Part shown: piece by piece, positions 1-13,830 of the stretch
Layout of the letters: every line of letters starts with the position of its first letter
Numbering within the stretch: the first letter of the stretch is position 1
NCBI GenBank assembly: GCA_951406725.2
Contig: OX597824.1
Span: 53,754,001-53,818,000 of the forward strand
Reading direction: 5' to 3'
From: Octopus vulgaris
Taxonomy: Eukaryota
Length of the DNA stretch: 64,000 nt
The notes under the pieces: model-generated
The model's input: the letters and a program-made list of their open reading frames with translations, nothing else
Database searches by the model: none
What the model was told of the DNA's origin: nothing
Translations under genes and position numbers: made by a program

Positions 1-169
1 ATACAATACAAAGAAAAACTTTCAGCAAAGAAAGATGTGCAATCAAGTAGAACAAAGCATATATGTACAATGATAAAGAAGAAAGAAAATGTGAATGCAG
101 TGTCCCTAGCAGCAAAAGTCTATTCTCCAGAACAGTCACTGGCAAGGTAAAGTTAAGAAATGTAGATAG

Positions 170-2990
170 TCCGAGACAATTTATTTGGCCAATGAACCAA
201 TCAGCCAGATGTCCTGTAAGATGAAAAATGTGTTTATGCTGTTGATGTTTTGGTGAGTGGAGGTGGTGCTTGTGGGGTGGGGGTGGCAGTGTTTGTGGAA
301 TGATGGGTGTGACAGCAAGTGGCATAAATTTTTCGGAAAAGGCCTTTTTTTACTCTGTCAATAGAGATAGTCTCTTTTTTTCCATGAATGTCCACAGTGA
401 ACAGTTTTAGTGTGCTTTTAAGAATGTGATAGGGTCCAGTGTAGGGAGGTATGAGCGGTCCCTTGATGGCATCACTTCTTACAAACACGTGAGTCCAGGT
501 AGAAATATCCGGAGGTACTGCAGAGGAAATAGACAGGTCATGAGGAAGCATTAGTGGCAGGTCAGCAAAGAATGACCTGAGTCACATGACGTAAAATGTA
601 GGGTCCGCATTCAGTAAGTTGACGGGCACCAACAGTTGTCCAGGAAGTGCTAAGGTGTTGCCATACAGGAGTTCAGCGGAGGAGTAGCCTAAGTGCTCCT
701 TGACAGCTGAGCAGCACCTAGCAGAACAATGGGGAGAAACTCGGGCCAACGATGAGGGTCAGGAGCTGTGCAAATAGTGGCTTTAAGCTGTTGGTGGAAC
801 CTTTCCACCATTCCATTTGTGGCAGGATGGTAACTGGTGGTGTGGATTGCTGAAAGCTCATGGAACAGACAAGCTTCAAATTGGCGTCCATGATCGGTAG
901 TAATTCTAGAGGGTACTCTGAAGCGAGATATCCACCTAGAGATGAGTGCTCTGGAGACAGCTTCCGTGGAAATGTCCACGAGAGGGATAGCTTCAGGCTA
1001 TCTGGAGAAATGGGTGATGCAGGTCAATATACAAGTAAATTTGCAACTGACTGGTCAAGGACCAACCAGGTCAATGTGTATGTGATAGAACTTGGTGTCT
1101 AATGGCTGGAATTGTCCAAGAGGTGCTCTCACATGACGATGCACTTTGGAACGCTGACATAGTAGGCAGGCATGTGACCAAGCAATAGACCGTCGCATAT
1201 TCAAGCAGAAAAAATCGGCCAAGATAAAGCTTTACTGTTGTGACAGCTGTCTTTGGCATGTCATCGGGGTTGATGGGGATTTGATGATATGCATGTACCA
1301 AATCGATCTTGGAAAAAATCTTACATCCATGCAGGGCAGACGAAAAATCCTGAACATTAGGGAGGGGATTACAATCAGCAATAGTGATGATGTTAAGATG
1401 TCGAAAATCTCCCACTGGTCAGAAATCAGCATCATTCTTCCTGGCCATATGTAGGGGCGTTGCCCATGGGCTCATGGAAGGATGAATGAGGCCCAGCTGG
1501 AGCATGTGCTCAAATTCAGCCCGGACAATCCGGAGTTTCTCTGGAGACAAATAGCGCGGTTGGGAAAAGACTGGAGGCCCCTTGGTCATGATGAAATGTC
1601 TCATAGAATGGGCTGGATTCAACAGATGAAACGACAAATCAGTCAACTCTGGAAACGAAGTGAGTAGCTGTTAGTAGGAGTCACCCGAAGCTGCCATGAA
1701 GAAAGAAGGGCTCACAAAGGAGACAGCGAGTGAAGTGGTGTTATCAATGAGAGAATAGTGGTGTAAGAAATCAGCACCAAGAATAGAATGGAGCAGGTCT
1801 GCAATGACAAAAATCGACTTCAAATCCCTACGGAGTGACAAATCCAGAGTGAGTGATATTTCCCCATAGATCTTGATGGCGGAGTGATTCCCCACATAAA
1901 GAGTGATATCCGAAAGAGCAGGATTGGTAGAAGTAAACCGTCGAGGCCAAATACTTAAACTGGCATCTGTATCCACCATAAAGGACTTTGAAGAATTGGC
2001 ATCTCTGATAAAGAATGCATGATAGGGTGAATGGATGGGGGCAATGATTGTCGTGCCCAGTGTCTCCCTGCCTGATTTCCCTGAGAAGAGTAATAGGGCT
2101 GTGTACATTTCTTGGCCTGGTCCTTGAACTTCCTGTGGTACCAGTAGACTGAGGAAGCAGGAAGTGCATGTGTGCGTGAGAAGGAGCGGTGCCTGGTTCT
2201 CCCTTCAGAATGAGTCCATAAAAACAAACGGTCCTTGCACAAGCATGTGACTCAATGGGTCAGTTCTGCAATAGCCTGCAAGATTTCCGAGGATTGCATT
2301 TCATCCAGAGCAGAAGAAGCACAGGCTCGTGAGGGAAAGGAAAAGGACTCATTTTGGACAATAATAGGAAAATGGAACAGCATGAAGAACAACTGGTTGA
2401 AGAAACACCGTTAGAAATGGCAGTCAAAACAGTTTAAAGAAGACACAATGAGCAGCAAACTAGGAAAAAAAATTTTTTTTTCAATAGCAGAGGTTTAAAA
2501 TAGAAATCCTTGCTAGTTGATAAGGAACAAATTATGGATGATGCGTAGATAATCCGGGTGGTTCAGAGAAAGAAACTCATACCTGGCACAAAAGACAATT
2601 TTCTGTCCATGTGAATTCTGGAGAAAATTTCCAGATAATTTTTTTTTGCCTTTTTCCATAAGCAGAAGGAAATTCTCTGGGACGCTGTGTCTTCAAATGA
2701 CCAAGTTGTATTTTCAGTTGCAACCTGAGGAAAATGATTTGCAGTTTCCCACTTGAAAATGGCGCCAAAATTTTCCTGGTGAAGAAGACAATATGGCAAG
2801 AGACATCAGTGGTTGTGTTCCTATGTGATGAGAGGCGATTTGGTTGCGTAGCCAAAGTCGCAAAAGAGAAAAGGGAATATGTATTCACTGGTCTGTATTC
2901 ACCTGGTGTTCACCATTTTAGATGAATATGTTCATCTCCCATGGTGGCTTACCATTTTAGAAGTCTGTGTTCACCTTGGGGCACCATTTT
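170..2990 (-). mobile_element. Degenerate Ty3/Gypsy LTR retrotransposon (protease, RT, integrase fragments)
   Basis: Frameshifted ORF pieces: FMVDTDAS (protease), SKIDLVHAYHQIP (RT), ITTDHGRQFE...YHPATNGMVERFH (integrase), PPYTGPY. Confidence 0.9.
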
Positions 2991-3000
2991 AGATGGATAT

Positions 3001-3255
3001 ACTCTTTTACTTGTTTCAGTCATTCGACAGCGGCCATGCTGGAGCACCGCCTTTAGTCAAATCAAATCAACCCCAGGACTTATTCTTTGTAAGCCTAGTA
3101 CTTATTCTATCGGTCTCTTTTGCCGAACTGCTAAGTTATGGGGATCTAAACACTCCAGCATCGGTTGTCAAGCGATGTTGGGGGGACAAACACAGATACA
3201 CAACATATATACATATACATATATATATATATATGCATATATATGACAGGCTTCA
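3001..3255 (-). mobile_element. tRNA-derived SINE, 3' part
   Basis: Reverse complement matches the body and tail of the SINE at 33297-33676 (ggtgctccagcatggccgc...gactgaaacaagtaaaagagt). Confidence 0.85.
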
Positions 3256-3347
3256 ATGGAATGATAAATAGAATAGTTGGTGTGTAAAGGCCGTGGTCTT
3301 CTGTGCTATGCTCCTATCTGCTAGTTGGTGGGTGTTAAGAGAGGCTT

Positions 3348-3432
3348 GATCACATCCTTACAGTTCAAGGTCCCAGTGCAGAAAGAGGTTAGATCACATC
3401 CTTACAGTTCAAGGTCCCGGTGCAGAAAGAGG
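3348..3432. repeat. Tandem duplication, period 44 bp, about 2 copies
   Basis: gatcacatccttacagttcaaggtccc(a/g)gtgcagaaagagg occurs at 3348 and 3392. Confidence 0.9.
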
Positions 3433-3619
3433 AAGAGATAAGGTCACGTGTCTGAACCATAATGCTGTGTAATGCCCTCTATCTCTGTATAGCCAGCTTG
3501 TTTATCCACTGTCAAGTGGGGTAATGCACCTACACATTCAAGAGCCATTCCATCTTACAGTTAAGAAAAAGTAAGGTCTGAGCAGTTAGCAGCGTAGCTT
3601 GTTGAGCACTTAATTTTCT

Positions 3620-4085
3620 CTGCATTATCATATATTGTTCTCACTGTAGAAACTTTAATGTTTTAACAATATGACTGATTTTTTCTCCAACATCAAACTT
3701 TTTAAAACGTGTAACCCCTTTATAATTCCTTCTCGCACTACTGCTTCCAGTTCAACTCGATGGCTTCTTTCTAGACGTCTAGAATCATAGGTAAATCCAA
3801 CTGTGATGGCAAACAACACCTGTTGTTGTTCTTGCAATTTGAGTAAACCAGCCAACATTTCTTCCATAATTTTACAATTTTGTATACCATAAAATTCACA
3901 TGAAAAACTTTTGTCAGTTTCATAACTCTTTGTGAGTTTATTTAATCCTCGTTGTCACTGTTGTAACATCCACTCCAGTATGGCAGTATAGTTACTTAGA
4001 CAAGTAAGGCATAACTATCTATGACCAACTTCTCTCACTTCTCAACTTCCTATGTCACAGTATTTGTAACTAGCATATACCACTT
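3620..4085 (-). mobile_element. Gypsy remnant (gag N-terminus, PBS-like site, possible LTR)
   Basis: ORF MEEMLAGLLKLQEQQQ resembles the gag start of the element at 5933-11418. A PBS-like site (cctcgttgtcact) lies near 3950. Confidence 0.5.
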
Positions 4086-4329
4086 GTCATGTGGGAAGGG
4101 TGTTCCATTATTATTATTATTGTTATTATTATTATCCCCATAACAGAAATACAGGTGCTACTCATTTTTGCCAGCTGAGTGTGTTTGTTATAACCAACAG
4201 AGTACTATTTTTTTCCCAATGTTTAGCCCCAATACTTCCTGATAAACCACAGTTGTTGGCTATGCTTGACTGAACATAATTCAAAACTTTCTTTGAGTGT
4301 AAACTTCCTTTTAGCACAGGAATACATTT

Positions 4330-5110
4330 CTGATGAAAACTTAATTTTCTTTAACAATGAATATTATTATAAATAACACTCATAGACTTTGATTATATTG
4401 CCATTGTTGGATTTCTCCAAATAATAGCAACAGAAAGGCTATATCTTGTTGAACAATGGCATCTTAGATAAAATTGTCAAAGCCATCACCATCATGTACA
4501 AAAACCTATCAACTTCTTTTGTAAAGCATAGACAATTCAACTAAAGAGTTTCTAACAGATGGAATCCTTCAAGGAGATATCTCAACCCCTTTTCTTTTTG
4601 TGGTTCTGGTAGACTACATTCTTAAATAAAATCTTAATCTCATCTAAGACAAAGGCCTCATTATCAAGCAGAAGTGATCAAGGTGTCAGCAGAGCATGTA
4701 TCCCTCTGGTGTTTACTCTGTTGATAAGCTTGTCCCCACATCTCATCAACTGTCAGACTTGTTAACATTCTTAGAGAAGGTTACAACAAAAGTAGGTCTG
4801 TTGTACAATGCAAAGAAGATGGAATGCAAGAACATCAATGAAGATGAAAGTCACCTCTATATCTTTTCCAATGAAGGTACTGTCTATTTACAAGTTTCAA
4901 AACATCTGGCAATCAAATATTTCCGAATCAAAAATGCTTGCCTTCTACAGGGAATATGTAAAGAGCATTCTTCTTATTGGAACTGAAACTTGGACTACAA
5001 AGATGAAACTTCAAGATCACCTTGAAAGTATATACACCGGACCAAAGGAGATTTATGAATACATTTATAAAAATTCTAACAGAAAATTAACAAGATATAT
5101 CACAGATTGA
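4330..5110 (+). mobile_element. Highly degenerate RTE-like LINE RT fragment
   Basis: Translated motifs GILQGDISTPFLFVVLVDYI and LLIGTETWT. Confidence 0.65.
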
Positions 5111-5359
5111 TATAAGAGTTGGTATATATAGTTGTAGAGAAAAAACATTTGTTAAATGAATGGCAACCTTCATAACAAACTTGAAGATCAATGGATCTTC
5201 CATGAACTCATCAATATAAAGGTTTCTCCCAAGTCTTATATTAAACTAAAAAGATGGTTGTCAATTTTCAATAACACTGTGAGGATTCATCTTTACAAAT
5301 TGGTTAAGAACACTAATCAGAAATTTAACTCGATTGTTTCATATTGAAAAATAAAACTA

Positions 5360-5593
<234 letters not shown>

Positions 5594-5932
5594 TTAAAAA
5601 TCAGTAATAAAACAGATATACTGTAAATAAAAATTATATACTTATAGAGTGAAGTATGAATGGAATCTATTGTATCAATAAGCAGTTTAATAAATTATAA
5701 AAGCAGACAAAAGATGGATGACAGACAAATGGTTATATTTCAGAAGAGTCATACAAATAAAGCCTATAAACATACCCATCTATCTTTCTTTTCCTAAAAA
5801 TATTTTTCAAAATAACTAACCAGTAGCCCTCTCAATGGATGTATATTTTCAAATACTTTAGATTTAACTGATTCTTATATTAGATCTCAATGGCAAATAT
5901 GTGAGCTGATGACATATTATAATATTAGAGTT

Positions 5933-8900
5933 TGTTTTATATCCTGGTGTTGGATATATAATTTAATGAAGCAGGGGGTTAAAAGTATTTGCACAACACA
6001 ATACGATTACTAATACATGAGACTCAATGTTCTCAATCAAAGGCTCACAGCCAACTACTAACCAATGCAATCTGCCAATCGCTCACAGTTCTTTACACAC
6101 TCTGATTTTATAATTCTTTTTCTTAAAGTACACAGCTGGTAATACCCACTAACTATATTCCCCTTTTTGAATAACTCCAATTTCTTCTAGTCTCTCTAAC
6201 TTTAAGTTTATCTGTTCTAATGCTGCGAATGGCACAGTTTGTTTTTGTTTAAATGTTGGTATGACATTTTCTTTTATTTGAAACTTCACCTTTGTTTTGG
6301 TGCACACCTAATTTATCAGACAGAAGCTCAAGAAAAATCTTTAAAAAATTTTTTTTCAATTTGTCTGACAAGTTATTTGTACTGGTGGAAAGACCATTCA
6401 CATTTTTACAGAAAAGATTTATGGAGAGATCCCATAAGTTAAATAATTCCATCCAGTCAGTTCCAAATAAATTTGTTGTATATTATTCAACACAAAAACT
6501 TTGGCTCTGAAGGTTTTTCTCACGAAATGTAATGTCACTTATCGGTTTGCCCTTGAAATATAATTTTTCCTGAAACGCAACAGGCAATTTTTGAAGTTTC
6601 TTTTAATCTAGGACTCCTGATTATTTCCCATGTACCTGTATCAATTATCAAGTTATCACTGCCTGTATCCAATTGTAACTTTACATTTATGTTATTAATT
6701 TTTACATAAACAACTTTCCTGTGGGGCTCATTTGTATTTCTTGCCACCGATAAACCTGTTTACGTGATTTTTTTCTGTCGAACCATTTTTTAGGTTTTGT
6801 TTTAGTGTGATTTTTTATGACCTATTTTACCATACTTGAAGCATTTTATATTTTTAAACATACAGTTACTTTCAAAATGTAGACCACTGTACTTATAACA
6901 TGGATCCAGTCCTAAGTGAGGTGGAGAGGAGGTTCTGCTAGGTTCCTCACAGGCAAAGAACACAGGTACAAGATTTTCTGGGCTAGGAACACTGACGGGG
7001 TCGGGGGCGTGGGTATACTTCTCGCTGAAAAATGGGTAAATACGGTAATTGAGGTAGTCAGAGTATGCAACAGAATACTTAAGATTAGCAACCATTATAT
7101 TGGCCTATGCCCCTCAGCCAGGGCTACACAATGGACAGAAAGACCAATTCTATGAAACCCTACTGCACTCTACCTCGTTGACAAACAACAGGGACCTTCT
7201 CTTTGTGGCTGATGACTTCAATGGGCATGCTGGACAACATGCTGGGGGCTTCCATGGCGTACATGGAAGCTACGGTTATGGTTCCCGCAACGAGGAGGGA
7301 ACCAGGCTGCTGGAGTTCTGCGATGCAAATGATCTTATGGTTTGCAACACTAACTTCAGGAAACCTACCAGCCACCTAGTCACCTACCGATCAGGCCGAC
7401 ATACTAGCCAAATTGACATCCTTGCCAGAAAAAGGGAAAGATGGCTGCTTATAAATGCCAAAATCTTCCCAGGCAAAGAATGTAGCCCACAACATAGACT
7501 GGTAGTTAGTGACATTAGGATCAGGACTAAGAGGACGACCAGAAGATGACCAGCATGGAGAAGAAGGGTCTGGAAGCTTAAAGATCCTGCGAATGGACAG
7601 AGATTTAGAGACATATTACTTGAAGCCTTTGTCGAAATAGATGGGGATATAGCTTCACATGGGGTAGAAGACAACTGGAGGTCTCTAAGGGACAACCTGC
7701 TGAGAGCCACTGACCAGATCTGTGGTTGGTGCAAAGTCCCCTCAAGACCCAAAATAACGTGGTGGTGGAACAATATTGTTGACAGGGCTATTAGACAAAA
7801 GAAACAGGCTTGGAAGGACTAGAAGAACGGTGGTAGCAGGGAAGTGTATCAGACTGCCAGAAGTGAAGCTAGGAGGCAGGTGTATTTAGCCAGAGGGGAA
7901 GAAGATAAGAAAAAATTTGCCAATGTTCTGTGCCGTGAGGATGAAAGACTTGAGGTATTTCGTGTTGCAAGACAGTGTGTGAGAGAGAATCGTGATGTGG
8001 TAGGAGAGAAATGTGTCCGCATGGATGATGGTTCACTTGCGCTAAATGAGGATGCAAAGAGAGTGGTTTGGAGACACCACTATGAAAGGTTGCTGAATAA
8101 AGAAAATGTATGGGATAAAGAGAGTCTACCGAATGTCGACCCAACAGAGGGACCGGCTATCTGAGTTGACAGTTCCTTGGTAGTCAAGGCAATTAAAAGC
8201 ATGAAGACAGGGAAAGCCCCAGGCCTATCAGGAATTACAGCAGAGATGCTCAAAATATCTGGCAGTGTCGGCTATAGCCTAGTCACCCGTATAGTTAACC
8301 AGGTGATACACGAAGGAGTCATACCCAATGACTGGTGTAGCAGCATAATAGTTAACTGCTACAAAGGTAAAGATGACGCCCTAGATATAAATAATTACAG
8401 AGGTATCAAGCTGTTGGATCAGGTAATGAAGGTTACGGAGAGGGTCATAGCCCAACTGATTAGGGAGAGAGTCAACTTGGATGAGATCCAGTTTGGTTTC
8501 GTGCCAGGGAAAAGCACCACTGATGCCATATTTCTGGTAAGACAGTTGCAGGAGAAATACCTAGCCAAAGATAAGTCCCTGTACCTGGCTTTCATTGACA
8601 TGGAGAAAGCCTTTGACAGGGTTCCCCGATCCCTTATCTGGTGGTCAATGAGGAAACTAGGGATAGATGAATGGTTAGTGAGAGCTGTGCAAGCCATGTA
8701 CAGGGACGCTGTAAGTAAGGTAAGGGTTGGCAACGAGTACACTGAAGAATCCAAGGTAGAGGTTGGGGTCCACCAGTTTTCAGTCCTCAGCCTCCTCCTA
8801 TTTATCATAGTCCTCCAGGCAATAATGGAGGAATTCCAGACAGGATGCCCCTGGGAGCTCCTCTATGCTGATGACCTTGCTCTAATTGCTGAGTCGCAAT

Positions 8901-11418
8901 CAGAACTAGAGGAGAAGTTTCAAGTGTGGAAATAAGGATTAGAATCGAAGGGCCTTAGAATCAACCTAGCTAAAACCAAAGTCCTAATAAGTAGTAAGGC
9001 AGGCAAACCACAAATCCCTTCAGGTAGATGGCCCTGCTCGATCTGTAGTAGAGGTGTAGGTAGAAACTCTATAAGATGTACCCAGTGTAAGCTATGGACA
9101 CACAAGAGGTGCAGTAATATCAAAGGAAGGCTAACTAGGAAGATAGTTTTTGTATGTGGCAAATGCTCGGGAGCAATAAACACTGAAAATGCGCAGAGAC
9201 CAACTTCCGCCACATTCCAGGGTGAAAAACTAGAAGTAGTTGATAGCTTCCATTATCTAGGTGACCAAATCAGTAGCAGAGGAGGGTGCACTGAAAGTGT
9301 AGCTGCTAGAATAAGAATAGCTTGGGCAAAGTTCAGAGAGCTCTTACCTCTGCTGGCGACAAAGGGCCTCTCGCTCAAAGTAAAAGGTAGACTGTATGAT
9401 GCATGTGTACGAACAGCCATGCTACACGGCATTGAGACATGGGCTGTGACTGCTGAGGATATGCGTAAGCTCGCAAGGAATGAAGCCAGTATGATCCGAT
9501 GGATGTTTAATGTCAGTGTGCATACTCAACAGAGTGTAAGTACCTTGAGAGAAAAGTTGGTCCTAAGAAGCATTAGATGTGGTGTGCAAGAGAGACGACT
9601 GCGTTGGTATGGTCATGTGGTGAGAATGGATGAGGATAGCTGTGTGAAAAAGTGCCACACCCTAGCCGTTGAGGGAACCTGTGGAAGAGGTAGACCCAGG
9701 AAGACCTGGGATGAAGTGGTGAAGCACAACCTTCGAACATTAGGCCTCACCAAGGAAATGACTAGCGACCGAGACCTTTGGAAATATGCTGTGCTCGAGA
9801 CGACCCGGCAAGCCAGATGAAACCATAACCCATGGCCTATGCCAGGAGCATAACCAGCCTGCTTATGTGCAGCTTTTCCTTCTTTGGTCACTAAACTTTG
9901 CTTGCGAAGACCTGTTGAGGCAAGTGAAATCAAAATCAAAATCAAAATCATTCCAATGACTGGCATCCGTGCTAGCGGGGTGCAAAGAGCACCATACAAG
10001 TGTGATCGTTGACAGAGAGGCTATTCGAGTAAGATCGTTACCAGTGTCGCCTTACTGGCACTTATGCCTGTGCTTAGTAGGGTGCCAATAGACCATCCGA
10101 GCGTGATCACTATGATTGTTGCCAGAACAGCCAACTGGCTTCCGTACCCGTGGCATGTAAAAGGGCACCATTCAAGCGTGGTCATTACCAACGTCACTTC
10201 ACTGGCACCTGTGTTGGTGGCACGTATAAAAAGATTCGAGCGAGGTTATTGCCAGTACTGCCTGACTGGCCCCCATGCAGGTGGCACATAAAAAGCACCC
10301 ACTACACTCTTGGAGTGGTTGGCGTTAGGAAGGGCATCCAGCTGTAGAAACTCTGGCAGATCAAGACTGGAGCCTGGTGCAGCCATCTAGTTGCCAGCCC
10401 TCAGTCAAAACCGTCCAACCCATACTAGCATGGAAAACGGACGTTAAATGATGATGATGATGATGATGATACCAGTTGACGCATGAATATGAGAGCAATC
10501 TTTTTCTTCAATTTTATCTGCATCATGTCATAGATTTATAATCCTCTGACATTCTTCTGTTACTGCCTGTAAAGTTAAATCTAGGTCCTGTTCTAGTTTT
10601 GACAATATCTGGAAACGTATATCTGCATCTTTGCTTGCAGTAAACTCTTGAACAAAAATTAAATACTTGAACATGTCTGGGGTCAACTCATTCAATTTGA
10701 ATTTCTTACGTTCTCTGTTAACCACTCTGGCATGGGTGACATAATCTTCATCATCTTTTTTGACCAAATTTAAACATTGCCAGTGAGTATTGAACAGGGA
10801 ACTTCTTGCACTGAAGATTTTTGATTAAAAATTGTTTCATTGAAACAAATCTCACCTGGTTCCTTCGGCAGAATTTAATTACTATATTTTTCATGTTTGG
10901 CAGGGGATAACTTTCTTAAAAGTAGTTGTACTTTTTCCTCATCAGACCAACTTTTACATTCTTCGCTGAAGATTTCTTTGTATCATCGAAATTATGCAGA
11001 GAAGGTAATCCTTTCTTCTGGATTACAGCTGAATTCTTCAATTGAGTTTGCTATGCTGTCTGGCAAGTATGAACCTGAAGTATTTTCAGACTTCTTCAAC
11101 ATTAATTCCAGCAACTGTTGGTTTTGTTGTTGTTGCCATTGTAGTTATTGTTGCTGCAGTTGCTGTTGTAATTGCACCACAGAGGCAAATAAATCTTCCA
11201 TATTAAAACGATTTTTTTCTTTGGTTTCATACCAAGAAAAAAATTTTAAATGTCCAATGCAAGCTTCGAACAACTTGTCACCACTTTTATATCCTGGTGT
11301 TGGATATATATATTTAATGAAGGTTGAGGAGTGGGGTATTTACACAATGCAATACAATTACTATTACACAAGGCTCAATGCTCTTAATCAACAGCTGACA
11401 GTTCTTTATTTTATAACA
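5933..11418 (-). mobile_element. Internally deleted Gypsy element with two diverged LTRs (~5933-6114, ~11286-11418), interrupted by an RTE LINE
   Basis: Both LTRs share tatcctggtgttggatatata...ctcaatg...ttttataa. PBS-like TGGTGAC at 11278-11284. Gag with polyQ, a degenerate zinc knuckle (KCFKYGKIGHKKSH) and protease QLDTGSD. Confidence 0.8.
6911..10471 (+). mobile_element. Nearly complete RTE-clade LINE (APE endonuclease, RT, PHD-like finger, repeat-containing 3' UTR, (GAT)n tail); inactivated
   Basis: APE motifs (DFNGH, QHRLVV) and RT motifs (YRGIKLL, QFGF, DMEKAFDRV, LLYADD). Several stops and frameshifts. Probable TSD ccagt at 6906-6910 and 10472-10476, and the Gypsy gag sequence resumes across it. 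Confidence 0.95.
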
Positions 11419-11580
11419 ATGCCAGTGGCATGTAAAAAGCACCCACTACACTCTCGGAGTGGTTGGCATTAGAAGCTGTAGAAGGCTCACCATATCAGCC
11501 TACTGATTTGCCAGTCCTCAGTCAAACCATCCAACCCATGCTAGTATGGAAAGCAGACGTTAAATGATGGTGATGATGAT
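11419..11580 (+). mobile_element. 5'-truncated RTE 3' tail
   Basis: Matches 10280-10470 and ends in (GAT)n. Confidence 0.85.
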
Positions 11581-12620
11581 GAATGAATCAGTCCACTTTT
11601 AGTCACTTGGTGGGTGGTTGGAATCCTTCCACAACAGTTTATTTATTTCCATCTGTTTGTTATAACCAAAATAAGAACATGTACAGTGGGAGGTTGACCT
11701 TAGTTTTATTGTTCCCTTACTCTTGTATTAGTGATGTTGAGTTGTGATTAGGGTATTCATTACACCATCCATTGTTTGTATTATTTAGTGTGCGGAATCT
11801 GCTTCTTGTATTTGTACAGCCTCTGTAATCTGTCTTAGTTGGGTCTTTTGGATATTTGGAAATGAATTTTTACTTCAGCATTTTTTATCAAGCTATTGTG
11901 TTACTGTTATTGATAACAATAACTATTATTGAGTGTTTAATTATTTCTTTCTCATTTCATATTTCATTGTATTCTCACCAGTGTTCTGCAACCTTTTCAT
12001 ATAAACTGAAGGCCATTTTGCATATACAAGTTGTCCTTCCATACATTTCATATAGGACACAATGTTTCTTTGGTTGTATACACTCTGCAGTTGTTGTCAA
12101 GTGCAAGGTGTTTCCTTAAATGGGTACTACCTTGTGCAGTGATTTTAATCACAATGCTTATGCCATCAACATGACAAGAATGCATTACTTGAGAAACAGA
12201 TTTCTCCATTAGGCACTGTTTGATTGTTTATTTCACAATACCATGAACAGGTTAGCTACATTTCCAACAATGCAGACACCAATGGTTTCACCCTCCTCTT
12301 GATTATATAACTGATTGTTAAATTTAAATATGCTCTCCTTCAGTGTCATTTTTATGTTAGCACCAAAGTTTACAGCTTATACAGGTCTCTTTTGAATTTA
12401 TTTTGTTCTGTTTAGAATGTGTGAACTTTTTCATGAGCTATTTTCTTCTGAGATTTCATTCTTCAAAATTAGGCCTTTTATGAATACATATGGCAGTTAG
12501 GCAGGACAGAGAGAAGTCAGTAAGATAAAAATATAAAAAGATACAACAAAAAGAAAAGTAATTAGAAAAAAAAATGAAAGAAAGGAAAAAGCAATAAAAT
12601 GTAAGAATTTACTGACTTAC

Positions 12621-12890
12621 CTTCTGTCTATATTTGAAGAGACACTGTAATTCCCTAACTAAAGCCAGGAGTAATGCACAAGGAACAGCTGAATCAGTGG
12701 CGCCAATGAATTCAAAGTCATAAAATTTCTTAGAGTCATAATGGCAAGCCAGGACGACTTGCTTGTGTGCCTTTGGATCTAAGGTAGCAATGATGTCTGA
12801 AAATTTTACTTTTCCATTTGGAGTTTGTTGCACAAATTTATCCTCTGTTATTGTCCAACTTTTTAAACTTTCAAGTCGAGAAATAATATG
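12621..12890 (-). CDS. QPCT: QPCT coding exon 3 (HIISRL...LACHYDSK...FIGATDSAVPCA...YRQK)
   Basis: Acceptor ttttgcag, donor AAG|gtaagt, 270 nt, phase 0/0. It contains the QC motifs ACHYDSK and GATDSAVPC (Zn-ligand Asp, conserved Cys pair). Confidence 0.95.
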
Positions 12891-13446
12891 CTGCAAAAGA
12901 AGAGATGATCATTGTAGTCATATTTAAATTAACATTTTTTAAAACTCTTTCCATACCCACATGTTGAAACTGCTTCTTGTTCTATAATACAAGGTTACCA
13001 TATTAAAAGAAAAGACCTTCACTATACTTTAATATTAAGACTCACATGTTCAAATACTAGATAAATATTAGGGAAGTTATTTTACTAAATCCCTCCCAAA
13101 GTTTCATCTCTCTCTCTCAATCACACACTCACACACATATATATATGTATATATAGATATACATACACACATGTAAGTACATTTGTGAAAAACAAGGAGA
13201 AAATAGTACTCAAATACCAAAGAGGGAATAAAATAATATTTTACTGTTGCTAAAAAGACTTCACAAGCTGTTACTGAGTTTCACATAACTGATCATTAAG
13301 CAGTCATAAGTATTGAGAACAATGTGTGTGTGTACATACTTGAGAGAAGATAGAGGGAGAGAGAAGAGGTGGGAAAGCAGAGAGAGGAAGGAGAGAGCAG
13401 AAAGAACAGAGGGAAAGAGGAGAGAGTTAAGTATGTGAATGTGTGT

Positions 13447-13830
13447 AGGCACAACTGTGGGTTAGTGGTTAAGGAGCTCAATTCCCAACCATGTAGTTTT
13501 GGGTTCAGTTCTACTGTGCAACACTGGGCAAATGTCTTTTACTATAGCCCCAAGTCGACCAAAGACTGGTGAATATATTTTGCAGATAGAAAATCAATGA
13601 AGCTCATGATAAATGTGTGTGTGTGTGTGTGTGTATATATATGTGTGCATGTGTGTGTGTACCTTTGTCTTCACATCACATGTTGGTTGTAAATGAGCAT
13701 CACCAACATACAAATGTTGTTCATTTCCAGCCTTTCTGGCTATGGAGACATTTTACCTTACCTGGAAACAGATGAGGGTTGGTGACAGGAAAGGTATCTA
13801 GCCATAGAAAAATCTGCATCAACAAATTCT
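13447..13830 (+). mobile_element. tRNA-derived SINE, degenerate
   Basis: A/B-box-like head (gtgggttagtggtta...gggttcagttc), tgggcaaatgtc core, internal (TG)n and an RTE-like tail. Confidence 0.7.

Noticed and set aside
10897-11472. 191-aa Cys-rich plus-strand ORF
   Set aside because: Antisense to Gypsy gag; the Cys run mirrors a polyQ tract.
11640-12480. Possible Penelope-like remnant on the minus strand (also near 40450-40900 and 60960-61200)
   Set aside because: Only vague Cys-containing traces; no motif clear enough to annotate.
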